From Felis catus (Eukaryota), in the NCBI RefSeq assembly GCF_018350175.1, contig NC_058368.1:41418001-41482000 (forward strand): DNA of 64,000 nucleotides. Direction: 5' to 3'. The notes under the pieces were generated by a model. It did not search any database. It worked only from the letters and a program-made list of their open reading frames with translations, and was not told the origin of the DNA. Positions 49,421 to 62,060 of this stretch are shown piece after piece. Both the position numbers and the translations under genes were made by a program. Every line of letters begins with the position of its first letter. Within the stretch, counting starts at the first letter, position 1.

Positions 49421-52259
49421 ATCCATTAATTTTAGGCTAAAATACATAGACATGTTTCTATAATTAGTGGCCATATAATTTATTCTCTAAGCCTTGACAT
49501 TTTTTAATGTTAAATAGGACATAATTAATAATTATGCCAGAATAATGGATGTAAACTGGGACTCTTCTGGGAAAACTAAGACATATGGTCATCCTACCTG
49601 GAAACAATTTCCAAGCCCTAGAAGGTCCTTCGACCTCCCTCTCCCCTTCCTCCTCCTGGAAAACTAAACAACAAAAGAACTTTCTTCCTTTCTTAAAATA
49701 TATTGGCTAAAACTATAGACTGTCATTCCACTATCGGAGTTTAGACTTAAAATGCAAATACTCTTGGATAACACATGGATTAGTACACACATTCTCAGAG
49801 CGGGTTACAATGGGTTGTCATTGGTAAGATGGAGGGGCATGAGAGAGGACAGGAGGGTATCCACAGACGAAAACAAAAGGTAATGAATAATGACTGGATG
49901 CACCAAAGATACACTTCACTTACTTTAGTCTTGCGAAGAGCCAGCCCTGTCTGAATATATAGTTCCTAAAACTGAATTATCATTAACCTTGAGAGAAATT
50001 TCATGGTGCATGTTTTATTGTTCTCATTTTATTCCTAATTTCAAACTGAGATCTACTGCCAAGCAACTTTTCTTTCTCCTTCAATAATTACCTGAAATCC
50101 AAACTTCTACATGAAGTTTTTCAGTGATTAAGTCATTTAAAGAAATTAAACAGTCTTGAGCAATAATCAGTCAGAGCAGTTATCCATTTTAGATGAGTCA
50201 TCTGAATAATAAATGTTTAAAAAAATTCTCTTCAATGGCACTTTTAGCCTGCATTTTTTCTATAATTGCCTTAATCCCTCAGCACAATTACTAAATGTCC
50301 ACACACTTCTTTTACGATTTTACTACCCAAATCACTTGCTCTTTCTCATCAGCTTTGCAAATTAATAGTATATTAAATGCACCAGGGTAGCTTACTTGAA
50401 AGGAATGCTAAAGTGAATTTTTCTAAGTGGCTAATAAACGCGACTTAAATGACATTTAGTAAGTTTTAAGATTTCTTATTCTACAGTAAACCTGTATTTC
50501 TTTCTAAATTGCATTCTTCTTATGACATTGAAATTCATTAATGCCAACAATTGTATTAATAATGATAACAATAACTACCCATTCATTTAGTCCCTAGTAT
50601 GAGGCAGGTGCTGTGCTAGGGATTTTCTGTGCATTAGCTCATATTTGGCTCTTAAAATAAGGCTGTAAGCTATTTTTATCCCTATTTTGAACTTCAGACC
50701 TATTACACAAATCAGGCATCTCCTACAATAATGTGCCTTTATGTATTTTCTTTCAAAATTCATAACATATACACAACAAACTCTATGGAGGCATAGAACA
50801 TGTCTGTCTATTATAGTTGCTCTGCACTATCTCTACCTCATTCAAGGATTGTAAAGGTATCACGTATCAGGAAATTTTCTTAATCATAAATGTTAAAATT
50901 TCAGGAAATTACTTTCTATGAAAAAACATATAAAATAAAATGTAGAGTAACAGAGCTAACTCAAAATAAACAAAATTATGTCTGTTTTAATTTGGTAATA
51001 ACTGTTGTGTGACTTCAGTTATTTATATATCTCCATGCTTGTATTTCCTCATCTGCAAAAGCATGAGATTACTACTCAATTTTCATTTCACTCCATATGG
51101 AAAAAAATGTAAACTAGAAGAAGAAGCACAAACGTACAAATGAAGAGAATAATTCTATGACAGATACTAAAATGGACTATCAGCAGACATTTCACACTCA
51201 AATTTCTCGCTAATAGAACCCCAGGTTTGTTCTGTAACATTCTGACTGGTTGCAAGGAATAAGCCTTGACTGGATATGAGCCAATCTTAGCCAATAGGTT
51301 TTTTTTGGCAGCTCTTTACTTTCTCAATCTCCCTTGCCAGTTGGAATGGCTCTGGGACCCATCCCCGGTCCATTATATGTTGTCATGTGGAAAATAGCCT
51401 TCATGCAATGGTAGCCTCTACATACACTCCAGGTACGTTACTCTGGAAGCCTTGGAGCCAAAAGATTTACAAACCAAGTCAAAATGCTTAAATCTCAGGG
51501 ATTATCAAACACAAGCAAAACAGGAGGACCATATTACCTGAATCCTATATATGCAAAGTTTGTATGTCTTGTCTCTTTCTCTACCACATCAATCTTCTCT
51601 GCCTATGGTATAGCTACAGGGACCAGAGTGGATATTCTAGCAGCTTCACCAAAAGACAGAAGGTGTCCTGGGCCCTGGATACTTGCTCCATTGGAGACTT
51701 AGGGAAAAAGTACACTTGGACACTGGGCCAAGGTGATAGCTTGACAAACTTCCTGAAGAATAGCATAGGATGTATTTGTGTTTCTTTTAGCAAAGAACTC
51801 ATGGGGCCAGAATGAGTTTTACCAGTAGATGGCCAAATAAGACCTCATGAATATTTAGTGTCTGAATATTTTGAGACGCTTGTATATCGAGTCACATACA
51901 TATTTAGTATATCATACATATTTAGTATGCAGGTGCCTCATGAAGATTAGGTATCTCTTGGTCCTTCCATCCTTTTCTATCTGTGTTTAACACACACCTG
52001 CTGTACTTATTAACTATTTATCTTGTAAGTAACATATCTTATGAATTCTGCCTATGTCTAACAAACTCTGCTTACTGGTTACTTATCTATAATGAAAATG
52101 CCTCAAAGAGTTTTACCTATATTTATAAACTACAGACTTATTCATCTGAGAGAATTGAATATTTTCCAAAGGAAATGCATATTTCAGATGTAAGGGAAAA
52201 TTGCTTGAGGGCATATGGGGAATGTGGTTCTTTTAACGGATAATATCAGACCTCACTTT

Positions 52260-52470
52260 TTCTGTCTCCCCACTTCCTTTCTGCTTGGGACGCTGGCATA
52301 AAGGCATGACTCTAGGAACTGTGAGGGCCTGGCTGCTTCTATGTTGTTGAAAGCCAACATGCTGGAGAACAAGTTGTCACAGGGTGGAAAAATTGTTTCT
52401 GTGTCCTTAACGTGTTTGAGCCATTGAATGAAACCTGGGAATGCTTCCTGTAGAGTTTTTGTGGCATAGC
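52260..52470 (+). mobile_element. Old MaLR LTR remnant (MLT1J/K/L-like)
   Basis: CCTTTCTGCTTGGGACGC…AAAGCCAACATGCT…GTGTCCTT…TGAGCCATTGAAT follows the MLT1J/K motif order. Confidence 0.5.
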
Positions 52471-52784
52471 ACCATGTGCCCTCAGGATCTAAGACATCAT
52501 TAGATTTTCTTTGTTTGCACTCAAACACACCAAACTTATTCAAAGGCCTATCATCACCCTTCACACCAAAGTTCATCAGGGAAACCACAGCTATAAGTAA
52601 CAGTGTTTTGAGCTTAAAAAAAAAAAAAAAGCAAGCAAGCAAAGCGTGAGGAAAAATGCAAAGGTGTTTTTCAAGACATTTCTCATAAATTCATTGCCAC
52701 ACACAAAGTTTTTAGAGGCATCCAGTTCATCCTTTCTAAAGCAAATATAGAAGAAAAGAAAAATTGTTTTATTCTTTGGTTTTA

Positions 52785-52875
52785 CATATATGCATGCGTG
52801 TGTGTGTGTGTGTGTGTCCTCATGGCATGTTAAAACTATCCCTGTTATTTTTTCATCCATCACACACACACACTA

Positions 52876-52908
<33 letters not shown>

Positions 52909-53042
52909 TTATATTAAAATAAATAAATATAATATATTAAAATAAATATATAATGATATATATTAAAATAAATATATAATAATATAAATATTTTTATATA
53001 ATCTGCAATAAAGATGTAACCTCTCTATCCAGTTCCTTGGAG

Positions 53043-53073
<31 letters not shown>

Positions 53074-53293
53074 CAGATCTACATATCAATCTATATATAT
53101 ATATACACACTAACACTGTTTCAACTATTTTATTTCACATATATATCTATATCTATATTCATATCTATCTCAATTAATATATATTTCATGTATTATGTGC
53201 ATATATATCTAAAGAACAGTAAACATATATATGCATGTATGTGTGTGTTTATCCATTTACCATTGGAGATATGCAGATACTGATATAGATAAA

Positions 53294-53335
<42 letters not shown>

Positions 53336-53435
53336 CATTCATCTGTGGGTATGTGTTTGTGTGTGTATCTCTTCATGGCAAGCTAATACTATACCGGTTA
53401 TTTATTTCACACATGTTTGTGTGTGTGTGTTGTGT
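52785..53435. repeat. Compound microsatellite cluster (TG, CA, CT, TA, AT-rich)
   Basis: Direct inspection of successive dinucleotide tracts. Confidence 0.93.
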
Positions 53436-54491
53436 TAATAAAATAAATAATCAAAGTAGCATTAGCTCACACAAAGAAAATATGCCTTCTTTTCTTTTAT
53501 CTTAGAACACAACACAGTACTTGATATAGTGGGTATTCAATTAAGGGCATATTTGAGTGATATCATTGGATCTTTAAGGAAATATTAAGGTCAATTTAAG
53601 TATAATTATTAAGAAAAGGTAACAACGAATTTGAATAAAAAATAAACCTATATGAAAATTCAGAAAATAAACTATGAAGAAAATAATACCAATTACCTGT
53701 AAAAGGTAGTAAATGTTTAGCTTTTGTTACATACAGTACTGTGTAACACCAAAGATGATATTGGAATAATGACAGCTGGTTCCACAAATAAGTAGCTATA
53801 ACAGAAGGATATCATCACTGTTGAAAACTCATAGTGGTCTTCCAAATGTTCAAATGTTCTCTTTTTTTTTTTTTTTGAAATTTGTTCCAAAAATTCTTAA
53901 AGAAAATAGTACAGTAGGATACAGCCACTTTTTAAAATATAAAACAGATGGTGATATTAGACATACATGAAAAAGATTTTAAACTTTGTGTTAGAGATTA
54001 ATGCACTGATAAATTGAAGAGTAAATTAAATAAAAGACAGTAAATTATAGGAGTAAATGTGCACCAAGGAATGTAGAAGACATTATAAGTTGAGTAATAG
54101 ATTAAGAATATAGAAGTTTGTGAACCAATCATGGCACCAATTACACATGAAACCTGTTGTCCTGCCTTGTTTTGGTTTCTTAGGAACTCCTTTTTCTCTT
54201 CTTTCGTTAACAGATGTTACCCTTCAAGTAATATTTACTAGTATAAGGTGGGCACCTGTCCCTCACTAGACCAAAAGAAATCCATCTCATGATGGGAGAG
54301 ACAGTACAGAGAAATAATTTAAAAGGCTCTGAAGCCAAATTTTCCAATTTCACATCTGCTCCTGATACATACTAGCTGTCTGATTTAGGGCAAATAAGTA
54401 AACTCTCTGTTGCTTGGTTTCTTCAACTAGAAAGTTTAAGTGAGCTAGTCAACAATAGGTATATAAGAGTATCCCTTTAAAAAAGGATTCC

Positions 54492-54678
54492 AGTGGCACC
54501 CAGGTGGCTCAGTCCATTAAATGACCGACTTTGGCTCAGGGAATGATCTCATGGTTCATGGATTCCAGCCCCCATCAGGCTCTGTGCTGACAGCTCAGAG
54601 CCTAAAGCCTGCCTCAGATTCTTCTCCTTCTCTCTCTGCCCCTCCCTTCCCCCTCAAAAATACACATTAAAAATTTTT
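54492..54678 (+). mobile_element. CanSINE
   Basis: Canonical body; TSD AAGGATTCCA. Confidence 0.93.
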
Positions 54679-54925
54679 AAGGATTCCATAAATATAAACA
54701 AAAATACATAAAATAAAATTCCCAACTTAACCCCCTGAAGCCAGACTGCTATTTTAAATGATAGAAAGATAAAAAAATAATTACTTATTATGAGAAAACA
54801 TAATTTTCCTATTCCTCCTGCCAAATACAACTAATCCCCGAGATATTATATATAAAACAAAGGAAGACTGAAAACTAGAGAGAAGAAAGTAGACCAGTTA
54901 GAGATCTTGGTATGAGAAACATCCT

Positions 54926-55348
54926 GGGGCTCCTGGATGGCTCAGTTGGTTAAGTGTCCAAACCTTAATTTCAGCTCAGGTCATGATCTCATGGTTTGTG
55001 AGATGGAGCCCCACATCAGGCTCAGTGCTGTCAGCACAGGGCCTGCTTGGGACTGTCTCTCTCCTTCTCTCTCTGCCCTTCTCTGTGTTCTTTCTCTTTC
55101 TTTCTCTCTCTCAAAAATAAATAAATATTTGAAAAAAGAAGAAAGGGAACATGAATGGCTCAGTTGTTTGAGAGTCCAACTTCGGCTCAGGTCATAATCT
55201 CGCAGTTCATGAGTTGGAGCCCCACATTCGGTTCTCTGCTGTCAGCATAGAGCCTGCTTTGGGTCCTCTGCCCTCCTCTCTCTCTGTCCCTCCCCAACTT
55301 GTGCTTTCCAAAAAATAAATAAACATTTTTAAAAAGTGATAAAAAAAA
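54926..55348 (+). mobile_element. Tandem pair of CanSINEs (54926-55145 and 55146-55348)
   Basis: Two heads and two A-tails; GAAACATC flanks the pair. Confidence 0.93.
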
Positions 55349-55544
55349 GAAACATCACAAAGGTGAGTCCAGGATTTTTGTTTCGTTTCGTTTCGTTTTG
55401 TTTTATTTATTTATTTTTTGCCTCAAATACCCTAGGCTCGAAATTGGAAAAGCTGGTAGCCCAGAAATGCCAATGGAAGCAGAAGAACAACTATTTTTTG
55501 TAACCAAGGGGAAGGAAAGGAGCAGCCTCAAAAGACAGAAAACT

Positions 55545-55747
55545 GGGGCTTCTAGGTAGCTCAGCCAGTTACGCATCTGCTCTTGATTTTGCCTCAAGTC
55601 ATGATCTCACAGTTCGTAAGTTCAAACTCCACATCAGGCTCCACACTGACAGCATAGAGCCTGCTTGGTTGGGATTCTCTCTCTCTCCTTCTTTCGCTGC
55701 TCTTCCCCCCTCTCAAAATAAATACATAAAGTTAAAAACAAAAAAAG
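55545..55747 (+). mobile_element. CanSINE
   Basis: Canonical body; TSD AAGACAG(A/T)AAACT. Confidence 0.93.
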
Positions 55748-57454
55748 AAGACAGTAAACTTTCAGCAACTACTCTGCTTTAGCCAATGCCACAGGAAAAA
55801 AAAACAAAAACAAAAACAAAACAAACAACATAACAAAACAAAACAAAAAAACTGTGGCCTCACCCTCATCCACACCAGAAAATTCTGAATGGTTGCCTAG
55901 AATTCCATCCTGCAGAGGCTATAGGGGAGGTACCCCAATACATCTGCCATGATGGTGTCAAAGAAGGCTAAGTAGAGAGTTGGGAAAACTTCCTCCCCTC
56001 CAAATGCTAACAAGCCCCCTTCCCACCATTCAAGGTATGAATGGAGACCACTCGAGAAGGTCGGGCTTCCAACGCCACCCATTAGTGTTGAGGCAACCCT
56101 TCTCCTGCCTGCAGGTATGGTGTCAGAGGAGACCGACTAGACAGTTAGGACTCTCACCATCTTAGCAGTAACCAGGCCATGTCCCTTTTGCATGTATGGG
56201 ACACCTTCCCATACACCACTTCCATGGTGTCAGTGGTGGTCACATGGAGAGCAGGAACAGGGAGGGCCTTCTTAGCGCCTCAGAGCCTGAGGCCTCAGTG
56301 GCACCTGGGTACTTCAGGTATTTCATACTGTTAAAGCAAATAATTTTTTAAAGTGCTGAAGTATTAGCTAAGGGAACTATCAAGTGTAATAGGGGTATTT
56401 TTTCTATTCTTCAGGGGTTTTCATCACTTTCTTCAATTCAGTGAAGTTCCTATTCATCTTTTCAGTAAATCCTTCTTATATTATGGATGCTACAATGCTC
56501 TACATTTTCTAGACACACTAACAGTTGTTTTTTCTTCCCCATGTGATCCAAGTTCCACCAGTCATTCACACAAGATGTAAGAGACAAAAATGAGCAAGTT
56601 TTGAAACTTCCTTAAGGAAATCAAGGCCAAAGGAAGAGGCATTTAGCCATTGTATATATGTTAAAATATATACGTAAAAGAATATATATAGTTTTACACT
56701 CAAGTTCAAGATATTGTAAAACATCAATGAAATAGGATCCACTGTCAACTTCCTAAGGACATTGACGTAAAGAGGAGGGCAGATGTCAGTATAGATGGGA
56801 AGATACCTTCCAGAGGGATGCCAAATTCTTTTCTTGCCCAAGAACAATCCTGGGCTGTGGATGGACATTTATGCTAGGTATATTATCTTATGTTATCATT
56901 CAAGTTCTAAGACACGCCTAGAAATTCTGTGTACTGCCTATTATTTTCTTCAAAATTGTATCTATCAAAATTGAATTCTGTTGCCTACAACTAACAGTGA
57001 CCAATAAGTAATTGGTAAAAGAAATGGTTGCAAGAAAAATAAGCTAAAATACATGCTACTCTAAAGTGTTTTTCTGACCTAGAGTTTGAAGGCAATGAAA
57101 ATCTGGTTTACATAATCTGAAGAAACACTGATAATCTCTGGCACACAATAATGAAACATTATTTAAGTGATTAAATATGGGTAGTTGGAATGAAAAGCCT
57201 ATTGAAAGCAAAACTTTGAGTGACTCTTACAATAGACACTTTTGAAAGGCTGTGATGTGAGCTGACTGCTTCTAAGCTTGATGGAGAACTTAAAGAAAAT
57301 GACTCAATTAAATTGTTGAACAAAATCATGGTCAGAGAGCCACTGGGTTTCTTCTTGTAGAAGCAGAGCTCAATGGCTGAATATCAGATGTTGAATCTGC
57401 ACTTCAGTGGTACTGAAATATACTATGAGATATACTCACAGCATTTCCAGAGGG

Positions 57455-57669
57455 TTTTTTTTAAATTTTTTAAAATGTTTTTTATTTATTTTTGAGACAG
57501 AGAGCATGAGCAGAGGACGGGCAGAGAGAGAGGGAGACAGAATCTAAAGCAGGATTCAAGCTCTGAGCTGTCAGCACAGAGCCCGATGTGGGTCTCGAAC
57601 TCATGGAGTGTGAGGTCATGACCTGAGCTGAAGTTGGACGCTTAACTGACTGAGCCACCCAGGCACCCC
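57455..57669 (-). mobile_element. CanSINE
   Basis: Reverse canonical body; flanking TCCAGAG. Confidence 0.96.
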
Positions 57670-57939
57670 AGTGTCTCCAGAGTTTTTATAGGAAAATGGA
57701 AACATTGCTTAGGAATGAGTGGGAAATTAAAAAATACACTGGAGACATTCATTTGCCTCTGGATACACTAAATGAACAAATTTACTGAGCTTCCCTTCTC
57801 TGTAGAAATGGTCCTTCTTCAATTATTGGATGATTCTCTTGCTGAAAACTCTGTAATGACCATACCTGTTATTTCACAAAAGAATATAAGTTTTCCTCAT
57901 GTCCCACTTATCCTGCTGTGCATAGTCACCAAGCTCATA

Positions 57940-58070
57940 ACCATACCTGGCTGCACATCAGAATTACCTCCAGCAATTTAAAATATCCTGCTGTCTTGAC
58001 CAGTTAAACCAGATTCTCTGAGGCAAAGCTCAGGTATCTGTCTCTTTTAAATGTTCCCCAGGAGAATCTT
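57940..58070. mobile_element. MER5A-like hAT element remnant
   Basis: GGCTGCACATCAGAATTACCT…CAGATTCTCTGAGG…CAGGTATCTGT…TTTTAAA…TCCCCAGG. Confidence 0.75.
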
Positions 58071-58239
58071 ACTTATCCCTTCCCCCCAAATTTTATATTT
58101 AGAATATATGTAAATATGCTTTATATATTATATATCTGCATATACATTATATACAAATATATATACATATGTATGTATCTATATATTATATGTGGGTATA
58201 ATATGTATACACTCTTCTTATTTATTAATATTGTTAAAA

Positions 58240-59066
58240 ACATGAGGAAATGCATGGGTATATATTCTAAGGATGCCGATGTTAAATTAGGAAATAAAGA
58301 ATATAAATTTAGACCTGGATGAATTTCTTGATATGAGTACACTTAGAGGTTCTGGATTTCACATATTAAATAAATTATATAAGAATAGTTTTAACCATTT
58401 GATTAAGTGGCTATTTTGTGTAAACATGGATGAAAATAAGAAAAGCTGCCATTGATAGTCTCAATTTCAATGTTTTTGGTAGTATTATGAATTCACAATG
58501 ATCAAAAAAACAGTACCTAATCACCAGAGCAAAATTAGTGGCAGAACTGGAGTGTTATTTGGGACGGTTGGTTAAGTAAAGATCTTCGGTGGTAGCTAAC
58601 TCATTAAGATTTGATTTTCTTGGGAAAAAAACTGTTAAGACTAGAAAGAATGACAGCCTTACTTGACCCCCAAAATACAAAGACAAGGACCTCCATGCAA
58701 TTACAATATTTGAGTTCAAATACACAGAGTATATTAAATGAAATGAATGTTAAGGTGTCTTGAGGTAGGTCTCAGTAATAACCTCTCAAGAATATCTTAA
58801 AAATCTCACTTCTAGTAGTCTCCCAAAGAATCTTTAGCTATATGTTAAGAGTAACTGTGCATTGGTAAAAGAAAATATCCAGAACTCTGCAAGATTATTG
58901 GATACTTGCTCTGAGTTTATCCTAATCAATCAGGATCACAAATGCCTATGTTGATCTTTTGGTCAAAGTGGGGACTTCTGGATGTCAGGTTATTAACTCA
59001 GTCTCACGGGGTCTATAAAACAATCTTGTGGTTTTGTTCTCTCCAAATTCCAAGTGAATAGTAAAT

Positions 59067-59116
<50 letters not shown>

Positions 59117-59860
59117 CTGAAAGAGTCCTCACTTTTACCTTCCTGATCTGTGAGTGAACATTAGCATGGTAAAAAGAGTAGATCTGACTTTTCACACTGA
59201 ACAGTAAACTAAAAGCAATGTAGTAACCTTGGTAAGACAATCAAAGTTCATGTCACCCTTGAAGATTTGAAATAAATAGTAGTGCTGATACCTATCACAT
59301 TTTATATAAAACTTTGGCTTGACTTATACCAAAGACAAATGAATTTAGAAAATGACAGCAAATTATTATAAGCTTAATCAGGTGGTGATTTCTGCTGAAG
59401 CTACCATTAGAGATGTGATTTATTTTTTTCTTTTCTGGAGTAAAAGCGCAGAGTGTCTAGAACCAAAAATTTTCTTCATCTAACAGATTATGTTTACCTT
59501 ATTACAAAAGGAGAAACATCAAATGGAGTGTTCTTCCTGGAGGAATCAGCAATATATCTATCATATATTCTGGGCCATGTGGCATCTCTGATGCTGTGAT
59601 ATAATTCCTTCTGCCAAGACACTGACCATCTACCATTTCTTGGTACATCACTACAGTCCAATATAGCTGGTATCCTGAGTATAAGATCACATAAGCATGA
59701 AGCTGGTGGTAGCTCTCATGCCTCGCACAAAAGATAAACCTTGAAACCTTAGGAGTCTGACATCTTAGTAAAAGTTCTGAGTCAAATGGAGTGTGGCATG
59801 TTGGAATGAATACTTTATAAAGATCGAAATGAGACAAGTCGTTGCATCATGTAACCCACT
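58240..59860 (+). mobile_element. Decayed ERVL (class III endogenous retrovirus) internal segment: gag, protease and RT remnants
   Basis: Manual translations: GNAWVYILRMPMLN*EIKNINLDLDEFLDMSTLRGSGF (58246-58359); RVTVHW* then LLDTCSEFILI (58895-); VKVGTSGCQVIN (58962-58997); MTANYYKLNQVVISAEATIRDVI (59352-59420); colinear with ERVL Gag-Pro-RT. Confidence 0.88.
59070..59111. repeat. (CA)n microsatellite inside the ERVL remnant
   Basis: Direct inspection. Confidence 0.97.
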
Positions 59861-60344
59861 TTCTATGAAGATCTCAGAAGTGTAGGTAGAAAAGCTACTG
59901 TAAAACTTCTGCCTATCTAAAGTCAGAATGCCTTTGGAATTCATGGGTCACAGTTTGATTTAAAACTCAGACGTAAAATGGATTGAGTCCTCATCTCATC
60001 TAAAAGCAGGAGTAAATATCCTTCCCTACCTCCACTCACTATCATCTTTTAAGGATTATCTTCTGTCAATACAGTTTGGCAAAAAAAAAGGATTGTTTTC
60101 TTTTCTGGCTCTTTACAGGTCCCAAATTTTAGTTGTCTTTTGTTTGTTAGTTTTCCTGCTAACTTGTCCCTTGTTACTACTCTGTATACCAGCTTAGACT
60201 TCCGCTTTCTTTCCTGATGATAACGGCATAGAATTCCCAGGCTACCAACTTCTTTTGCTATTCCCCGAAGTACCACAAAAATAAGAACTTGGGGAAACAC
60301 ATATTTGACTGAAGACTTGGGATAATGGCAAATGTATTAAAACT

Positions 60345-60760
60345 GTAAGTTATGATGTTAACTCTCATTGTTGTGACAGCCTCCAAATCTCAGTGATTTT
60401 ACACAATAAGCCTCAGTTCTCTTCACAATTGTATGAGTTGGGTGACTCTTCTGAGTGGCTCTCCAAGAAGTAACTCTGAAAGTCAAGTTCCATTTACATC
60501 ATTGTTCCATTGCCCCCTGGAGCACCATCCACAATTCAGGGAACCTTTGCATTCAACTGTCCAAGAAAGCAAGTTAAGCATGGAGGATGCCATAAGGCAC
60601 TTTATAGCCAGGACAAGAAGGGGTGTATCTGACTTGCAACTACATTATACAACCAGTGATATCCTCATCTTCCATCCAAAGAAGGCTGGAAAATGTAGTT
60701 ACCATGTGTTCCCAGGAAGAAAAACAAGATTGATAAGCATCCAACTAGAATATGCCCCGG
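60345..60760 (-). mobile_element. Old MaLR LTR (MLT1J/K/L-like)
   Basis: CTCCAAATCTCAGTGATTTTACACAATAA…AAGGCTGGAAAATGTAGT…GTGTTCCCAGGAAGA. Confidence 0.65.
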
Positions 60761-61862
60761 AAAGTAACTATAGTAAATACATGAAATGGGAGAATTTAAT
60801 ATTAGATAACATTATTCCATAAAATAAGGCTCTCAATTCAATATAGAATTTTGTGAACCCTGGTTCCCCCTCATATTTTTAGGACCTTTCTCTTTTTTAC
60901 CTTCTTACACCTCCCTACAACACCAGCAGCTACTTCCAAAACTCATGTAACCATATTTTGCAAATTATTTTAACTCTTATTTTTTCTTACACATTTCCCA
61001 TCTACCCTTTGTTCTCACAACCATGCCTTTGTTAAATAAATAGAACCATTAATATTTTTCTGAGGCAAAAAGAGACATTCTCCCACAGAAGTATTTTTTC
61101 CCTAAGCCAACCAGCTCAAAATGTAGATAGCTTTTAAAAGAAGCAATTTTTCTTGCTGTCATAGAATTTTTCAAAATCCCTATACCTTCTCTTCATATAG
61201 GAAAAACTGTCATCAACATTAAAAAGTGGCCTGCCAAATGAGAGATATTGCTAGAAAGACAAACTCATAACAGTTGTATCTGCTATTCAGGGATGCTGTG
61301 CAAATTATATGAGAAAATATATATAAGTGCCATGTCACAAACTATGTGCTCAGTCGATTTTTTTTCTCTTCTTTCTTCTCATCCTGTTCTTCCCACTTAG
61401 ACCCTTTCCGCTTGGCTCTGACCTCCACAACATTCACTTCTATGGTTGACTTCTTCAATCTAATATTGATTACCTTCTCTGGAATGTAAGTGGTCTGGAC
61501 TTCTAAGAACACTGCAAATAAACAGATAAACCTTAGAGATATCCTTTTCTCAAGTCTGCTTCTATTTTAGGGAAAGGTGACCACTTTTTAAAATTTCTAT
61601 TCCATATGACAGCTCCTTAAATATACGTGCTTCTCTGACTTATTTTGTTGTTGTTGTTGCTGTTCCTTGATGGGTAACAGACACCAGAAACATACCCCAG
61701 TGTGACTTTTATGCAATAAAATCATTTCCTAAGATTAATACGGCATACAATGTTGAACAGTCTGCTTTTCATCACATCTCCATACTAGTTAAGAAACAAA
61801 GAGTTGAATCTATAATTTTACATTTTACTACTATTACTTATATTTTTAAAACAACTACTTAA

Positions 61863-62060
61863 GGGGCACCTGGGTGGCTCAGTTGGTTAAAGCATTCAAC
61901 TCTTGATTTTGGCTCAGGTCATGATCTCATGGTTCATGAGTCGGAGCCCTGCTCTGTGCTGATGGCGCATAGCCTGCTTAATATTCTGTCTACCTCTCTG
62001 TCCCTCCCCTGCTTTCTCTCTATCTCTCTAAAAATAATAAAAACAAATTTTCTAAAATAA
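61863..62060 (+). mobile_element. CanSINE
   Basis: Canonical head; TSD AA(C/T)AACTACTTAA. Confidence 0.95.

Larger units (their letters stand above)
54790..56300 (+). mobile_element. Old L1 5' region (L1MC/MD-like) interrupted by three SINEs
   Basis: TTTTCCTATTCCTCCTGC…AAATACAACTAA start; repeated GGTGTCA-containing units at ~55950-56240. Confidence 0.5.

Noticed and set aside
60433..60822. 129-aa ATG-initiated ORF
   Set aside because: Lies within an old MLT1-like LTR; no recognisable protein features.
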